DNA from: an uncultured Pseudomonadota bacterium
Lineage (GTDB): Bacteria; Pseudomonadota; Alphaproteobacteria; RF32; CAG-239
Direction: 5' to 3'
Assembly (NCBI GenBank): GCA_949300375.1
Contig: CASGEB010000003.1
Location: 263-64,262, forward strand
DNA: 64,000 bases
Both the position numbers and the translations under genes were made by a program. Positions 1-9,890 of the stretch are shown here, in pieces. The notes under the pieces were generated by a model that saw only the letters and a list, made by a program, of their open reading frames with translations, was not told the DNA's origin and ran no database searches. Each line of letters starts with the position of its first letter. Within the stretch, counting starts at the first letter, position 1.

Positions 1-10
1 TTGTTGATGT

Positions 11-39
11 GGATCCCCGGGTCGCAGCCCGGGGATGAC
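11..39. repeat. REP-like palindrome (TGTC/CGTC-tagged family)
   Basis: GGATCCCCGGGTCGCAGCCCGGGGATGAC; ATCCCCGGG/CCCGGGGAT stem; near-identical to the copy at 60525-60552. Confidence 0.8.
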
Positions 40-57
40 CGGTGCGACCGGCGCGCG

Positions 58-192
58 GCACACCCGGCGGGTGAGGCGTCAGCTTATATGGTGCTAAAGA
101 GACCGCGGCCGAACGTCGGCAGTGTTCAGTTTATGCAGTGCCAAAGAGACCGCGTTGCTATAGCGGAAATGTGAAGGACATTGTGCTTTGAA
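58..192 (+). repeat. Modular cassette repeat, locus A
   Basis: GTGCYAAAGAGACCGCG at 91 and 138 (47 nt apart); 58-77 identical to 11303-11322; GACCGCGTTGCT (148-159) and CATTGTGCTTTGAA (179-192) recur at 60424 and 60456. Confidence 0.75.
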
Positions 193-202
193 TTATGAAA
201 AA

Positions 203-394
203 TCAGGGTAATTCTTTTTCAACGTAAGTTCCGTCGCTGTGAATTTCGATATGGTCCAAATTCTGGCGCGCAACAAAGTTTCCGGTTTTATGCAAAGCCT
301 CATTGACGCCTGCCGCCAGATAATTGTCATAAACCCATTTGCCGCCATAAGCCAGACCGGCTAAAATTATCAGATATACTATAAGTTTCATCAT
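203..394 (-). CDS. Small single-TM hypothetical protein
   Basis: 63 aa, N-terminal hydrophobic helix (LIVYLIILAGLAYGG), GGAG RBS upstream. Confidence 0.65.
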   Translation of the reverse strand: MMKLIVYLIILAGLAYGGKWVYDNYLAAGVNEALHKTGNFVARQNLDHIEIHSDGTYVEKELP

Positions 395-523
395 TGTTCT
401 CCTTTTTTTGCTAATTTTCTTTTAATACAAAAAAGTAAACAAATGTTTATTGACAAAAATTTACAAAAATGATATTGTTTTTTTATAAAAATATTTTTAT
501 GTTTAATAAAAAAATTGACTATT

Positions 524-1069
524 ATGTATCAGATGCAACGAGAATGGATTACGACCTGTTGTCCTGAATTATCCCAATCACAAAAAGAGCAATATCTGGC
601 AATTCTTGACAAATTGGAACAGCAAAAACAAGCTTTATCTCAAGAGGAGGTTATGGCTTATGCCGCAAAAATCCGACCGGTTTTGTTTGGCTCAAACGGG
701 AAGGCTGTGCTTGATCCTAAACCGGAAGACAAAGAGATTTACTGGATTGAGAGTACGCCGATTGCTACGGTGAGCGCCGCTTTTTACCGCAAGGTTATTG
801 GTCGGGCAGACGGGCTTAAAGAACTCGGGCGGATTGAATCGTATCATCCTTTCCACGGATATTATGGTTTCTTGCGGCCTTCGACCGCCGACGCAATTTA
901 TCAATGTCCGAAAGAAATTTTGAACAAGGTTTGTGCTTTTGCCTTTGTGACACCGGATTTGGATGTGAGAACCACATGTGATTTTAATCTGGAAATGCAC
1001 AAACTGACAATTGTTTACTTTAAAGGGGAACTTCCGCAGGAAATTGCTGCAACGCCCATAGAATGGTAA
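524..1069 (+). CDS. Hypothetical protein (HPFHGYYGFLRPS motif)
   Basis: Long ORF between an AT-rich promoter region and a terminator; ATG at 524 preferred over TTG at 515. Confidence 0.7.
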   Translation: MYQMQREWITTCCPELSQSQKEQYLAILDKLEQQKQALSQEEVMAYAAKIRPVLFGSNGKAVLDPKPEDKEIYWIESTPIATVSAAFYRKVIGRADGLKELGRIESYHPFHGYYGFLRPSTADAIYQCPKEILNKVCAFAFVTPDLDVRTTCDFNLEMHKLTIVYFKGELPQEIAATPIEW

Positions 1070-1071
1070 AG

Positions 1072-1106
1072 AAAAAAAGATGCTTTATAAATAAGCATCT
1101 TTTTTT
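1072..1106. terminator. Bidirectional intrinsic terminator
   Basis: A7-GATGCTT...AAGCATC-T7 between convergent genes. Confidence 0.8.
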
Positions 1107-1107
1107 G

Positions 1108-1911
1108 TTATCTCTCGCGGCCGGAACGGGAATTGTCATATTCCAGCAGGCGGGCCACATTTTGTTCGACTTCCGGATCAAGCTCCCGGCGAATCTGGCG
1201 GGACGGCTGATATTTTCCGGCAGAGTTTAATAAATTGTCCAATATCTCCAACGGATTTTTGCCGGCAAGCAGCTGCTGTCTGGTCATTTCGTTAGCCAAA
1301 GACTGGACGATTGCATTGCGAAAAGCCTCTTGTGCCGAATCGCGGGCTTTTTCTTCTTTTATTCGTTCTTTCTCGGTATATTTGCGATGGAATCGGGCGA
1401 ACTCGTAAATCGGATCGCCGCCGCGCTGAAATCCGTTCAGACCGGTCAGGCGCGTTTTTTCATCTATCAGCGATGATATGCCGAATCCTTCCCTGTCGCG
1501 GTAAATCATCCAGTCTTCAATAATTTCGGGATAAACGGCGGCGTCGGCATCAGCCGGGTGGATATTGCCGAAATCAACCATCTTTATATGTTCGTCGGCC
1601 TGATAAACATTAATGTTTTCAATAAAAAACTCCCGTGTTTCACGGTTACGGCGCACCGGATTGACCATTGCCTGCGACAAACAAAGGGCGACCAATGCTG
1701 TTTTGAACTCCTGAGAGGCCATATAATTGATTTTGCGCGGATCTTTCATCACCTCGGCATCTTTTAACACCTGATTTATGCAATAATTATGCAGATTTTT
1801 CAAAGCAGACAGCTGAGAATAGCCTAAAGGAACGTTTGAGGCTATTTCAACGGCCGCCGCTTTTTCGATAATATGATGAATCGCCTGTTGTAACTTTTTG
1901 TTATCATTCAT
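1108..1911 (-). CDS. Hypothetical protein with Arg-rich C-terminus (…NSRSGRER)
   Basis: ORF with GGAAAGG RBS before ATG at 1911; no family recognised. Confidence 0.7.
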   Translation of the reverse strand: MNDNKKLQQAIHHIIEKAAAVEIASNVPLGYSQLSALKNLHNYCINQVLKDAEVMKDPRKINYMASQEFKTALVALCLSQAMVNPVRRNRETREFFIENINVYQADEHIKMVDFGNIHPADADAAVYPEIIEDWMIYRDREGFGISSLIDEKTRLTGLNGFQRGGDPIYEFARFHRKYTEKERIKEEKARDSAQEAFRNAIVQSLANEMTRQQLLAGKNPLEILDNLLNSAGKYQPSRQIRRELDPEVEQNVARLLEYDNSRSGRER

Positions 1912-2135
1912 TTCAAAACCTTTCCGTTCTGTCGGGATTATAGCACGGAATGCTTTGCATTTCCACAAAAAAATCTGCCCTGAAAATCACATTTCTTTCC
2001 TAAAAAATTCCCCAATATCTGAATTTCTTAATTAAATTATTGATTTATTAATTCTTTTTGAATAGACTACAGCTATCATACTTTCGGGTCTTAGACCGGA
2101 ATATGAGAGAAAAAAACTACGTAAGGAGATCCTTT

Positions 2136-2933
2136 ATGAATTATAAAACTATATTGATGGCTTCAGCTGCTGTTATGTTTGCAACTGCTGCTTCTGCTAA
2201 AGATATCACCAACCCGTTTTATCTGCCGGAACAAGGCAAAGTTCTGTCTGACACTTCTATTGAAATGTCCCGTACAAACTTTAAACATTATGGCAATGAT
2301 GACAAGAGTTTGTATGCTAATGAAGAAATTACCTACGGCGTAACCGATAATTTCTCAATCTTCGGTTCTATCGGCAACGAATTCGACGGCAAGAAGTTCT
2401 CTAACGGCGAATATAACAATGATCATAACTTTGATTATATGCTCGGCGCTAAATATAATATGCAGGCAGGAAACTGGCTGGCACAGGTAGGCGCTCACTA
2501 CTATACTTATGATCAGGAAAGCTGGTATGGCCACAACAGACCGAACGGCAATGACAGATGGTACAAAGAACTGGGCGCTCAGGTTAAGCTCGGTTATGAC
2601 CTCTGCAACGGTTGGACTCCTTATACGAGTTTTGACATTGCCGGAAATATTGACGATGCTGAACGCGATCTTGGATATTCTTGGTTCGGCGGCGTTCACA
2701 AGAAATTCGACAAAGCTTCTGTTGATGCCGGTCTGCGTTATGACTTTAACCATAATGACGGCAGCGCTAACCAGCTGTATGCTCAGGCTGAAGCCAACTA
2801 CTTCATTAAAGACAATATCGCTGTTGGTCTTTATGGCGATTATTATCTGGCAGGCAACGATGGTGAAAATTGGGAAGATGCTGACATCGACTATGATTAC
2901 ACCGCCGGTCTGCAGGCAAAAGTTTTGTTCTAA
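2136..2933 (+). CDS. Outer-membrane beta-barrel protein (porin-like)
   Basis: AAGGAG RBS, Sec signal ending AASA, alternating aromatic beta strands, C-terminal beta-signal ending in Phe (GLQAKVLF). Confidence 0.85.
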   Translation: MNYKTILMASAAVMFATAASAKDITNPFYLPEQGKVLSDTSIEMSRTNFKHYGNDDKSLYANEEITYGVTDNFSIFGSIGNEFDGKKFSNGEYNNDHNFDYMLGAKYNMQAGNWLAQVGAHYYTYDQESWYGHNRPNGNDRWYKELGAQVKLGYDLCNGWTPYTSFDIAGNIDDAERDLGYSWFGGVHKKFDKASVDAGLRYDFNHNDGSANQLYAQAEANYFIKDNIAVGLYGDYYLAGNDGENWEDADIDYDYTAGLQAKVLF

Positions 2934-2955
2934 TTTTAACAGACAAGCTTTTAAC

Positions 2956-2984
2956 GGGGATCCTTTTCAAGGGTCCCCTTTTTA
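2956..2984 (+). terminator. Intrinsic terminator
   Basis: GGGGATCC…GGGTCCCC stem followed by T6. Confidence 0.75.
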
Positions 2985-3159
2985 TGTTCAAAAAAAAATT
3001 TTTTGAACTTTTTTTGCCGTTAAATCGTTTATAATTATGTGAGATTTATCAGATTTTAAATATTTAAAAATAAAAACACGAATAAGATATTGTAAAACAA
3101 ACAGTTTTTGAAATATATAATTCGTAACTCAAAAAAAAACAAAGAACAGAGAAAAAACG

Positions 3160-4362
3160 ATGGGAAAAATGAAAAAATTTGTGGGAAGAAATAAAAAACT
3201 TTTAATCTTTGCCTTTATTATCCTGGCCGGATTTTATATCTATTCCGCATATTTTAAAACCGGAAACGCGGTATCTTATATAACAGAACCGGTCAAGAGG
3301 CAAAATATTCAAAAAGTTGTGAATGCGACCGGCGAGGTCAGAGCCAGCGATTTGGTTACCGTCGGCGCCCAGGCTTCCGGTAAAATTGAAAAGCTTTATG
3401 TTTCCATCGGACAAGAAGTCAAAAAAGGAGATTTGATTGCGGAAATTGATTCAACAACCCAGCAAAACGAAGTTGATATCAACAAAGCGCGGCTGGACAG
3501 TTATCAGGCTCAGCTTAAAGCAGCACAGATTTCTCTGGATATTGCAAAAAAACAATACGACCGTACCCTTACTTTGAAAAAACGCAACGCGGCATCGGTG
3601 GAAGACGTGGAAAATGCCGAAGATACATTTGAAAGCGCAAAAGCAAGAGTTACGGAACTCGAATCGAGTATAAAAGAAACCGAAATTTCGTTGAGTACCG
3701 CAGAAACGAATCTGGGATATACAAAAATTACGGCGCCGCTTGACGGCACGGTTGTTTCTATCCCGGTCAAAGAAGGACAGACCGTTAACGCCGCAATGAA
3801 CACGCCGACGATTGTTCAGATTGCCGATTTGAGCAGAATGGAGATTTTGATTGAGATTTCGGAAGGCGATATCGGAAACATCAGACCAGGCGCAAAAGTT
3901 ACTTATTCTATTTTGGCGAATCTGGGCGATGTTTTTGAAACAACGCTGCAATCCATTGACCCGGGGCTGACTTCTCTGACCAACGGTGAATACACCGATA
4001 CCGAAGTTGTGGATTCAACACAGGCTATTTATTATTACGGCCGGCTGAATGTTCCCAATCCGGACGGCAAGCTGCGAATCGGGATGACGACGCAAAACGT
4101 TATTTATGTTGAAAGCGCGGAAGACGTATTGACCGTGCCGGTTACCGCTTTGAAAAAAGAAGGAAACGAGACTTATGTGGAAGTTCTCACCCCGCACGGC
4201 ATTATGAAATGTTCCGTTACGACCGGCGTTTCCGACGGGATGAATGTGGAAGTTACAAACGGTGTGGCCGAGGGGGATGAGGTTATTATTGCCTCGATGT
4301 CGTCCGATGAAATTTCGGATATGGCGGCCAATGCCCGGGGCGCAAGACGGAGACGTTTTTAA
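3160..4362 (+). CDS. macA: MacA-like periplasmic adaptor subunit
   Basis: N-terminal TM, lipoyl/hairpin motifs (VGAQASGKIEKLYV, ITAPLDGTV), directly upstream of macB. Confidence 0.9.
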   Translation: MGKMKKFVGRNKKLLIFAFIILAGFYIYSAYFKTGNAVSYITEPVKRQNIQKVVNATGEVRASDLVTVGAQASGKIEKLYVSIGQEVKKGDLIAEIDSTTQQNEVDINKARLDSYQAQLKAAQISLDIAKKQYDRTLTLKKRNAASVEDVENAEDTFESAKARVTELESSIKETEISLSTAETNLGYTKITAPLDGTVVSIPVKEGQTVNAAMNTPTIVQIADLSRMEILIEISEGDIGNIRPGAKVTYSILANLGDVFETTLQSIDPGLTSLTNGEYTDTEVVDSTQAIYYYGRLNVPNPDGKLRIGMTTQNVIYVESAEDVLTVPVTALKKEGNETYVEVLTPHGIMKCSVTTGVSDGMNVEVTNGVAEGDEVIIASMSSDEISDMAANARGARRRRF

Positions 4363-6303
4363 ATGAACATTCTTGAACTGCAAAACATTAACAAATTTTT
4401 TGGTCAGGGCGCCAACCGCGTTCATGTGTTGAAAGGCATCAATCTGACAATCGAAAAAGGCGATTTTGTGGCCATTATCGGACAGTCCGGCTCCGGAAAA
4501 TCGACTCTGATGAATATTATCGGCTGTCTTGACACCCCGACCTCCGGTTCTTACCGCATTAACGGCATTGAGGCCGGGAAAATGGAGCGCGACCAACTGG
4601 CTGAACTGCGCTGCCGGACTTTTGGCTTTATTTTTCAGCGCTATAATCTGCTCACCAGCTTAAACGCCCGTGAAAACGCCGCTCTGCCGGCTATTTATCT
4701 GGGAATGGGCGAGGAAGAAAGGACGCAAAGAGCCATTGGACTTTTGAAACGTCTTGAACTGGGCAACAAGCTTCGCAACAAGCCCAACGAACTTTCCGGC
4801 GGACAGCAGCAGCGTGTGAGTATTGCCCGCGCTTTGATGAACGGCGGGGAGATTATTCTGGCGGACGAACCGACCGGCGCCCTGGATTCAAAAAGCGGCG
4901 AAATGGTGATGGAAATTATTAAAGGTCTGCACAAGCAGGGCCATACCATTATTCTGGTTACGCACGACAGCAAAATTGCCGCCCAGGCCAGCCGGATTAT
5001 TGAGATTAAAGACGGCGAAATTGTTTCTGACGAGAGAAAGGCCTCTGATTTTTATAAGATTGAAGAAGAAGTCAGAAAATTTAAGCGGAGCAAACTGGAA
5101 ACTTTTAAATACCGCTTTGCCGAATCGTTCAGTATGTCTATTCATGCCATTTTGGCAAATAAAATGCGCTCGCTGTTGACGATGCTCGGCATTATTATCG
5201 GTATTGCTTCGGTGGTTTCGGTCGTGGCGCTCGGCAATGCATCGCAGGCCAAAATTATGGAGCAAATTAACTCCATGGGAACGAATACCATTGACATTAT
5301 GCCCGGGAGTGGGTTCGGAGATATGCGGTCGGGTAAGGTTAAGACGCTAAAAGTCAGCGACTCGGATTATTTGAGCAAGCAGGGTTTTATTGACAATTCC
5401 ACGCCCAGCGTCTCGGGCAGCGGCACGCTTGTTTACGGCAATACATCATCAACAGCGCAGTTAAAAGGCGTCGGCGCGTCTTTCTTTGATGTTAAAGGAC
5501 ACAAAATTGCCCTCGGCCGGATTTTTACGCAAGACGAGGTAAACAATATTGCCTCCGTTGTCGTGATTGACCATAACACCAAAAAAGAGGTGTTTGCGGA
5601 CAACGCAAATCCTATCGGCGAGATTATTATCTTTAACAAAAAGCCGTTGAAAATCATCGGTGTAACGGAAGAAGAAAACAATCCCGGCCCAAGAGCTGAC
5701 GCGATGAACCTCTGGGTGCCTTATACCACGGCAATGTATAAAATCAACGGCAGCACCGATATTAATACCATTACGGTCAAAATTTCGGACAAAGTCAATT
5801 CTCAGGTGGCGGAAACAAGCATTGAAAATATCCTTACTTCTTTGCACGGGCAAAAAGACTTTTTTATGATTAACAGCGACAGTATTAAGCAAACTGTTGA
5901 AAGCGCCACGAACACCATGAAATTTCTGATTGCCAGCATTGCGGTTATTTCTTTGATTGTCGGCGGTATCGGCGTGATGAACATTATGCTGGTCTCAGTT
6001 ACCGAACGGACGAGAGAGATAGGCATCCGGATGGCTATCGGCGCCAAACAGGCCGATATTCTGCAACAGTTTCTGATTGAGGCGATTTTAATCTGCCTGG
6101 TCGGCGGCTTTATGGGGGTGGCGCTATCTTTGCTTATCGGCTTTGGATTCAACACTTTTTCCGAAGAGTTCGGAATGATTTTTTCGACCGCTTCAATCGT
6201 TTTGGCTTTGGTTTGCTCAACGGCTATCGGTATTGTCTTTGGATATATGCCGGCGAAAAACGCTTCCAACCTTAATCCGATTGATGCTTTAGCGAGTGAA
6301 TAA
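4363..6303 (+). CDS. macB: MacB ABC transporter ATPase/permease
   Basis: Walker A GQSGSGKS, LSGGQQQRV, ILADEPTG; FtsX-type permease (VTERTREIGIRMAIGA). Confidence 0.95.
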   Translation: MNILELQNINKFFGQGANRVHVLKGINLTIEKGDFVAIIGQSGSGKSTLMNIIGCLDTPTSGSYRINGIEAGKMERDQLAELRCRTFGFIFQRYNLLTSLNARENAALPAIYLGMGEEERTQRAIGLLKRLELGNKLRNKPNELSGGQQQRVSIARALMNGGEIILADEPTGALDSKSGEMVMEIIKGLHKQGHTIILVTHDSKIAAQASRIIEIKDGEIVSDERKASDFYKIEEEVRKFKRSKLETFKYRFAESFSMSIHAILANKMRSLLTMLGIIIGIASVVSVVALGNASQAKIMEQINSMGTNTIDIMPGSGFGDMRSGKVKTLKVSDSDYLSKQGFIDNSTPSVSGSGTLVYGNTSSTAQLKGVGASFFDVKGHKIALGRIFTQDEVNNIASVVVIDHNTKKEVFADNANPIGEIIIFNKKPLKIIGVTEEENNPGPRADAMNLWVPYTTAMYKINGSTDINTITVKISDKVNSQVAETSIENILTSLHGQKDFFMINSDSIKQTVESATNTMKFLIASIAVISLIVGGIGVMNIMLVSVTERTREIGIRMAIGAKQADILQQFLIEAILICLVGGFMGVALSLLIGFGFNTFSEEFGMIFSTASIVLALVCSTAIGIVFGYMPAKNASNLNPIDALASE

Positions 6304-6304
6304 G

Positions 6305-7666
6305 ATGAAGAAAAATATGTTTAACATACTGCTTTTTACAACCACACTGCTGGTCTCTGGCTGCGCGACGCTTCAGCATTATCCGTCCGATACGGCGGAA
6401 GAACTTAACTATACCCGGGAAGTGCAGGAAAAATACAAGGCCAATGCCGACTGGTGGAAAGAATACGGCAGCAGCGAACTCAACCGGCTGGTCGATTTGG
6501 CCCTGGCAAACAATCCGGATTATCTGAAAGCCGCCATCAACATCAACAAAGAGCTTTATAACCTGAACCTCGTGACGGCGGATTTGTTTCCGACCTTATC
6601 CGGCAGTATGAGTACTTCAGCGCAACGGCGGATTGATACGGGGGACGGCTTTTCAAACAGTTTTTCCGGAGAGGCCGGGCTGAGTTATGAACTTGATCTT
6701 TACGGCAAAATCAGAAAGCTGCAATCCGCGCAGGAATTTGAATATCAGGCCACAGTTATGGACAAGGAAACAGCGCGGCTGAGCCTGATTAACAGCGTGG
6801 TTGATTTGTATTTTAATCTGGAATATCTGCAGAACACAATTGATATTACCAAGAAGAACATTAAGGCTTATGAGGATATTCGCAATATTACCGAGGCAAA
6901 ATACAAAAACGGCAAAGCTGATGATTTGGAATTTCTGGAATCCAAGCAGAGTCTTTTATCTGAGCAAAACCGCCTGCTGGAGCTGGAAACCCAGTTCAAA
7001 GAAATGGAAACCAGCCTGAAAAATATTTTGAATATCCGGCAGGAAGAATCTCTTGGCATTAAATTCGGCGATATTCTTGATCAAAAGACACTCGGCGTTA
7101 ATCTTGACGTTCCGCTTTCGGTTCTGGCCAACCGTCCTGACCTGCTGGCCAGCCAGTACCGTTTGGAAAAAGCTTTTAAAAATCTGGAGGCCGAAAATAC
7201 AAACTGGTATCCGGGTATTTCTTTGCGCGGCGCTTTAGGCTCATCTTCCGACAAAGCGCGCACGACTTTTGAATTTCCGTATATTTTGGGAAGCGTGGCC
7301 GTTGACTTGCCGTTTTTGGACTGGAACCGCGTGAAAAACAATATTAAAATCTCGGAAGCAGATTATCAGATTGCGGCTATCGACTTTAAAGACACGCTTA
7401 ATCAGGCGGTTAACGAAGTTGCCTATTATTATTATGCTTATGGCAAAGCCACGGAAAGCTTTGATAATATTCGGGAAAATTATCAGAATTCTGTTAAAAT
7501 CACCCAATATTACAAAGATCGTTATAATAACGGCAAAACAGAATTTCGCGACTATCTGCAGGCTATTTACAGCGAAAATTCCCTCCGGAAAAACCTGATT
7601 CAGCAAAAGTATCAGATTATCAATTACGAGAACTACGTTTACAAAGCCATGGCCGGGAAGTATTAA
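6305..7666 (+). CDS. TolC-family outer-membrane efflux lipoprotein
   Basis: Lipobox LVSGC, OEP repeats (LVDLALANNPD, VLANRPDL), third gene of the macAB operon. Confidence 0.9.
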   Translation: MKKNMFNILLFTTTLLVSGCATLQHYPSDTAEELNYTREVQEKYKANADWWKEYGSSELNRLVDLALANNPDYLKAAININKELYNLNLVTADLFPTLSGSMSTSAQRRIDTGDGFSNSFSGEAGLSYELDLYGKIRKLQSAQEFEYQATVMDKETARLSLINSVVDLYFNLEYLQNTIDITKKNIKAYEDIRNITEAKYKNGKADDLEFLESKQSLLSEQNRLLELETQFKEMETSLKNILNIRQEESLGIKFGDILDQKTLGVNLDVPLSVLANRPDLLASQYRLEKAFKNLEAENTNWYPGISLRGALGSSSDKARTTFEFPYILGSVAVDLPFLDWNRVKNNIKISEADYQIAAIDFKDTLNQAVNEVAYYYYAYGKATESFDNIRENYQNSVKITQYYKDRYNNGKTEFRDYLQAIYSENSLRKNLIQQKYQIINYENYVYKAMAGKY

Positions 7667-7692
7667 GTTTTTTGGTTAGCGGCAGAAAAACA

Positions 7693-7721
7693 AAACCCCG
7701 CGGGATAAAAACCACGGGGTT
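7693..7721. terminator. Terminator between convergent tolC and rplS
   Basis: AAACCCCG…CGGGGTTT stem. Confidence 0.65.
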
Positions 7722-7744
7722 TGGACTTGTAAGATAACAAAAAA

Positions 7745-8146
7745 TTATTTGCTTTCTTCTTTTGCAGCTTCGCGAGCCTTGGCCGCAGCAACCAGATCGT
7801 CCGCAATACGGGCAGAACGGCCGCGCAGAGCACGCAGGAAGTACAATTTTGCACGGCGAACTTTACCAATGCGTTCAACTTCAATCTTGGCAACGTTCGG
7901 AGAATACAGCGGGAATACGCGTTCCACGCCTTCACCGAAAGAAATTTTTCTAACCGTGAAAGAAGAATTCAACCCGTCATTCTTACGAGCAATGCAGACG
8001 CCTTCGTAAATCTGAATACGTTCACGATCGCCTTCTTTTACTTTGGTGTGAACTTTCAGAGTGTCACCAGGCTTAAAACTCGGAACGTTTTTTCCTTCCA
8101 TGAGCTTGCTGATCTGCTCTTTTTCAATATTTTCAATTATGTTCAT
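7745..8146 (-). CDS. rplS: 50S ribosomal protein L19
   Basis: [32 protein letters not shown]. Confidence 0.98.
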   Translation of the reverse strand: MNIIENIEKEQISKLMEGKNVPSFKPGDTLKVHTKVKEGDRERIQIYEGVCIARKNDGLNSSFTVRKISFGEGVERVFPLYSPNVAKIEVERIGKVRRAKLYFLRALRGRSARIADDLVAAAKAREAAKEESK

Positions 8147-8185
8147 AAGTTTTACCCTTTTTATAAAATTTTCTTATGTATATAC

Positions 8186-8875
8186 CTAAGGCCGCTTAAA
8201 ATCAAGATATTTTTTCATTAAGTCCGGCCGTTTCCGTTCGGTTATTTCCAAAGACTGCGCTTTTCGCCATTTGGCAATGTTTTCATGATGGCCGCTCAGC
8301 AGAATTTCCGGAACTTCCCTGCCCTCCCAGACAACCGGGCGGGTATATTGGTCGTGTTCCAACAAAAAATTCTCAAAGCTTTCATCTTCCAGGGAACTGC
8401 TGTTGCCCAGCACTCCCGGCAACAGACGGACAACCGCATCAAGCATTATCTGCGCGGCCTGCTCGCCGCCGGTCAGGATATAATCCCCGATGCTGATTTC
8501 CTCAATTTCATAAGCATCAAGAACCCTTTGATCCACCCCTTCAAAACGGCCGCAGACAACCGTTATCTCCTCCTCTCTGCTCAGCTCTTTTACCAGCTGC
8601 TGGGTCAGAGGCCGGCCGCGCGGACTCATATAAATAATCCGGCCTTTTGTATGGTTGGCCTTTATGGCCGCACCCAAAACATCGGGACGCATTATCATTC
8701 CGGCACCGCCGCCGCAGGGAGTATCGTCAACCGAACCATGCTTGTCAAAAGCATAATCCCTGATGTTGACCGTTTCCAAAGACCAGATGCCCTCTTTTAA
8801 GGCTCGGCCGGTTAACGAATAACCAAGAAATCCGGGAAAAATTTCCGGAAAAATGGTTAAGACCTTAACCTTCAT
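8186..8875 (-). CDS. trmD: tRNA (guanine-N1)-methyltransferase
   Basis: VLTIFPE, VDDTPCGGGAGM, CGRFEGVDQR, SIGDYILTGGE; start overlaps the rimM 3' end. Confidence 0.97.
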   Translation of the reverse strand: MKVKVLTIFPEIFPGFLGYSLTGRALKEGIWSLETVNIRDYAFDKHGSVDDTPCGGGAGMIMRPDVLGAAIKANHTKGRIIYMSPRGRPLTQQLVKELSREEEITVVCGRFEGVDQRVLDAYEIEEISIGDYILTGGEQAAQIMLDAVVRLLPGVLGNSSSLEDESFENFLLEHDQYTRPVVWEGREVPEILLSGHHENIAKWRKAQSLEITERKRPDLMKKYLDFKRP

Positions 8876-9395
8876 CGCCCTCTCCGCTTTCAGGAGCAAA
8901 GCTCATTTCCCTGATAATAATAAACCCATCTTTGATATTGATTTGCGGAACATACTGCTTGTTAAACGGCAGCATTTCCAGCTTTGCGGTTTTATTTACT
9001 TTGATTTCAATAATGTCATTGGCGCCAAAGTTGTATAAAGCCGCCACTTTGCCGATAACCTCGGAAGAACCTTCTTCTTTAACATCCAGACCAATCAGAT
9101 CCGTATGATAGAACTCGTCTTCTTCCAGCTCCGGCAAGGCACTGCGTTCTATGTAAAGCTCCGTCCCTTTTAAGGCTTCGGCCGCATTACGATCATCGCA
9201 GCCCTGAATTTTAACGCGCAAATCGTCTTTGACTTTGCCGGTGATTTTCAAAACAAATTTCCGGGAAGCGTTCTTGTCTTCCAGCGGGCCATAAGCCGTG
9301 AGGCTGCGGCAGTCTTCGGCAAAGCATCTGACTTTGACTTCGCCGCGGATGCCGTACGCTCCGCTGATTATTCCCAGACAAACCCGTTCCGACAT
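8865..9395 (-). CDS. rimM: Ribosome maturation factor RimM
   Basis: GAYGIRGEVKV, EDEFYHTDLIGL, NFGANDIIEI; conserved operon position. Confidence 0.95.
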   Translation of the reverse strand: MSERVCLGIISGAYGIRGEVKVRCFAEDCRSLTAYGPLEDKNASRKFVLKITGKVKDDLRVKIQGCDDRNAAEALKGTELYIERSALPELEEDEFYHTDLIGLDVKEEGSSEVIGKVAALYNFGANDIIEIKVNKTAKLEMLPFNKQYVPQINIKDGFIIIREMSFAPESGEGDEG

Positions 9396-9430
9396 TTTGA
9401 AAACCTTATCCTGCAAAATCCAAACGGTAC

Positions 9431-9832
9431 TTATTCGGCAGATGCCTCAGAAGAAGATTCAGCGGCAGCGGCTGCAGCAGCTTCGGCTGCGGCTTTGGCT
9501 TTTTCTTCTTTTTCTTTAATTCTCTCAAGAGCCTTGGCTTTCGGAGCAGATTTCTTCGGCTGATTGTTGATTTTCGGAGCTGCGCAAAGGCCGAGCTTCG
9601 AGAACATTTTTGCCAGTCTTTCGGTCGGCGTTGCACCTTTGGCAATCCAAGCCTTTACTTTTTCGCTGTCAACAACGAGTCTTTCAGCGTGATCCTGCGG
9701 CAACATCGGATTGTATGTGCCGAGTTTTTCAATAAATCTACCGTCGCGGGGAGCTCTTTGGTCAGCTGCTACAATACGGTAGAACGGACGTTTTTTAGAA
9801 CCACCACGAGATAGTCTGATACGTACTGCCAT
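9431..9832 (-). CDS. rpsP: 30S ribosomal protein S16 with Ala/Lys/Glu-rich tail
   Basis: [35 protein letters not shown]. Confidence 0.98.
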   Translation of the reverse strand: MAVRIRLSRGGSKKRPFYRIVAADQRAPRDGRFIEKLGTYNPMLPQDHAERLVVDSEKVKAWIAKGATPTERLAKMFSKLGLCAAPKINNQPKKSAPKAKALERIKEKEEKAKAAAEAAAAAAAESSSEASAE

Positions 9833-9890
9833 TTTTATTTTTTCCTTTCTTTGCGTTTTTTCAAACGCGGTTAGTTAAACAAAACTCCCG

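Noticed and set aside
58-192. Canonical CRISPR array at loci A, B or C
   Set aside because: Only 2-3 units per locus, degenerate repeats, inserts of about 20 nt (or near-identical units in B), and no cas genes in the window.
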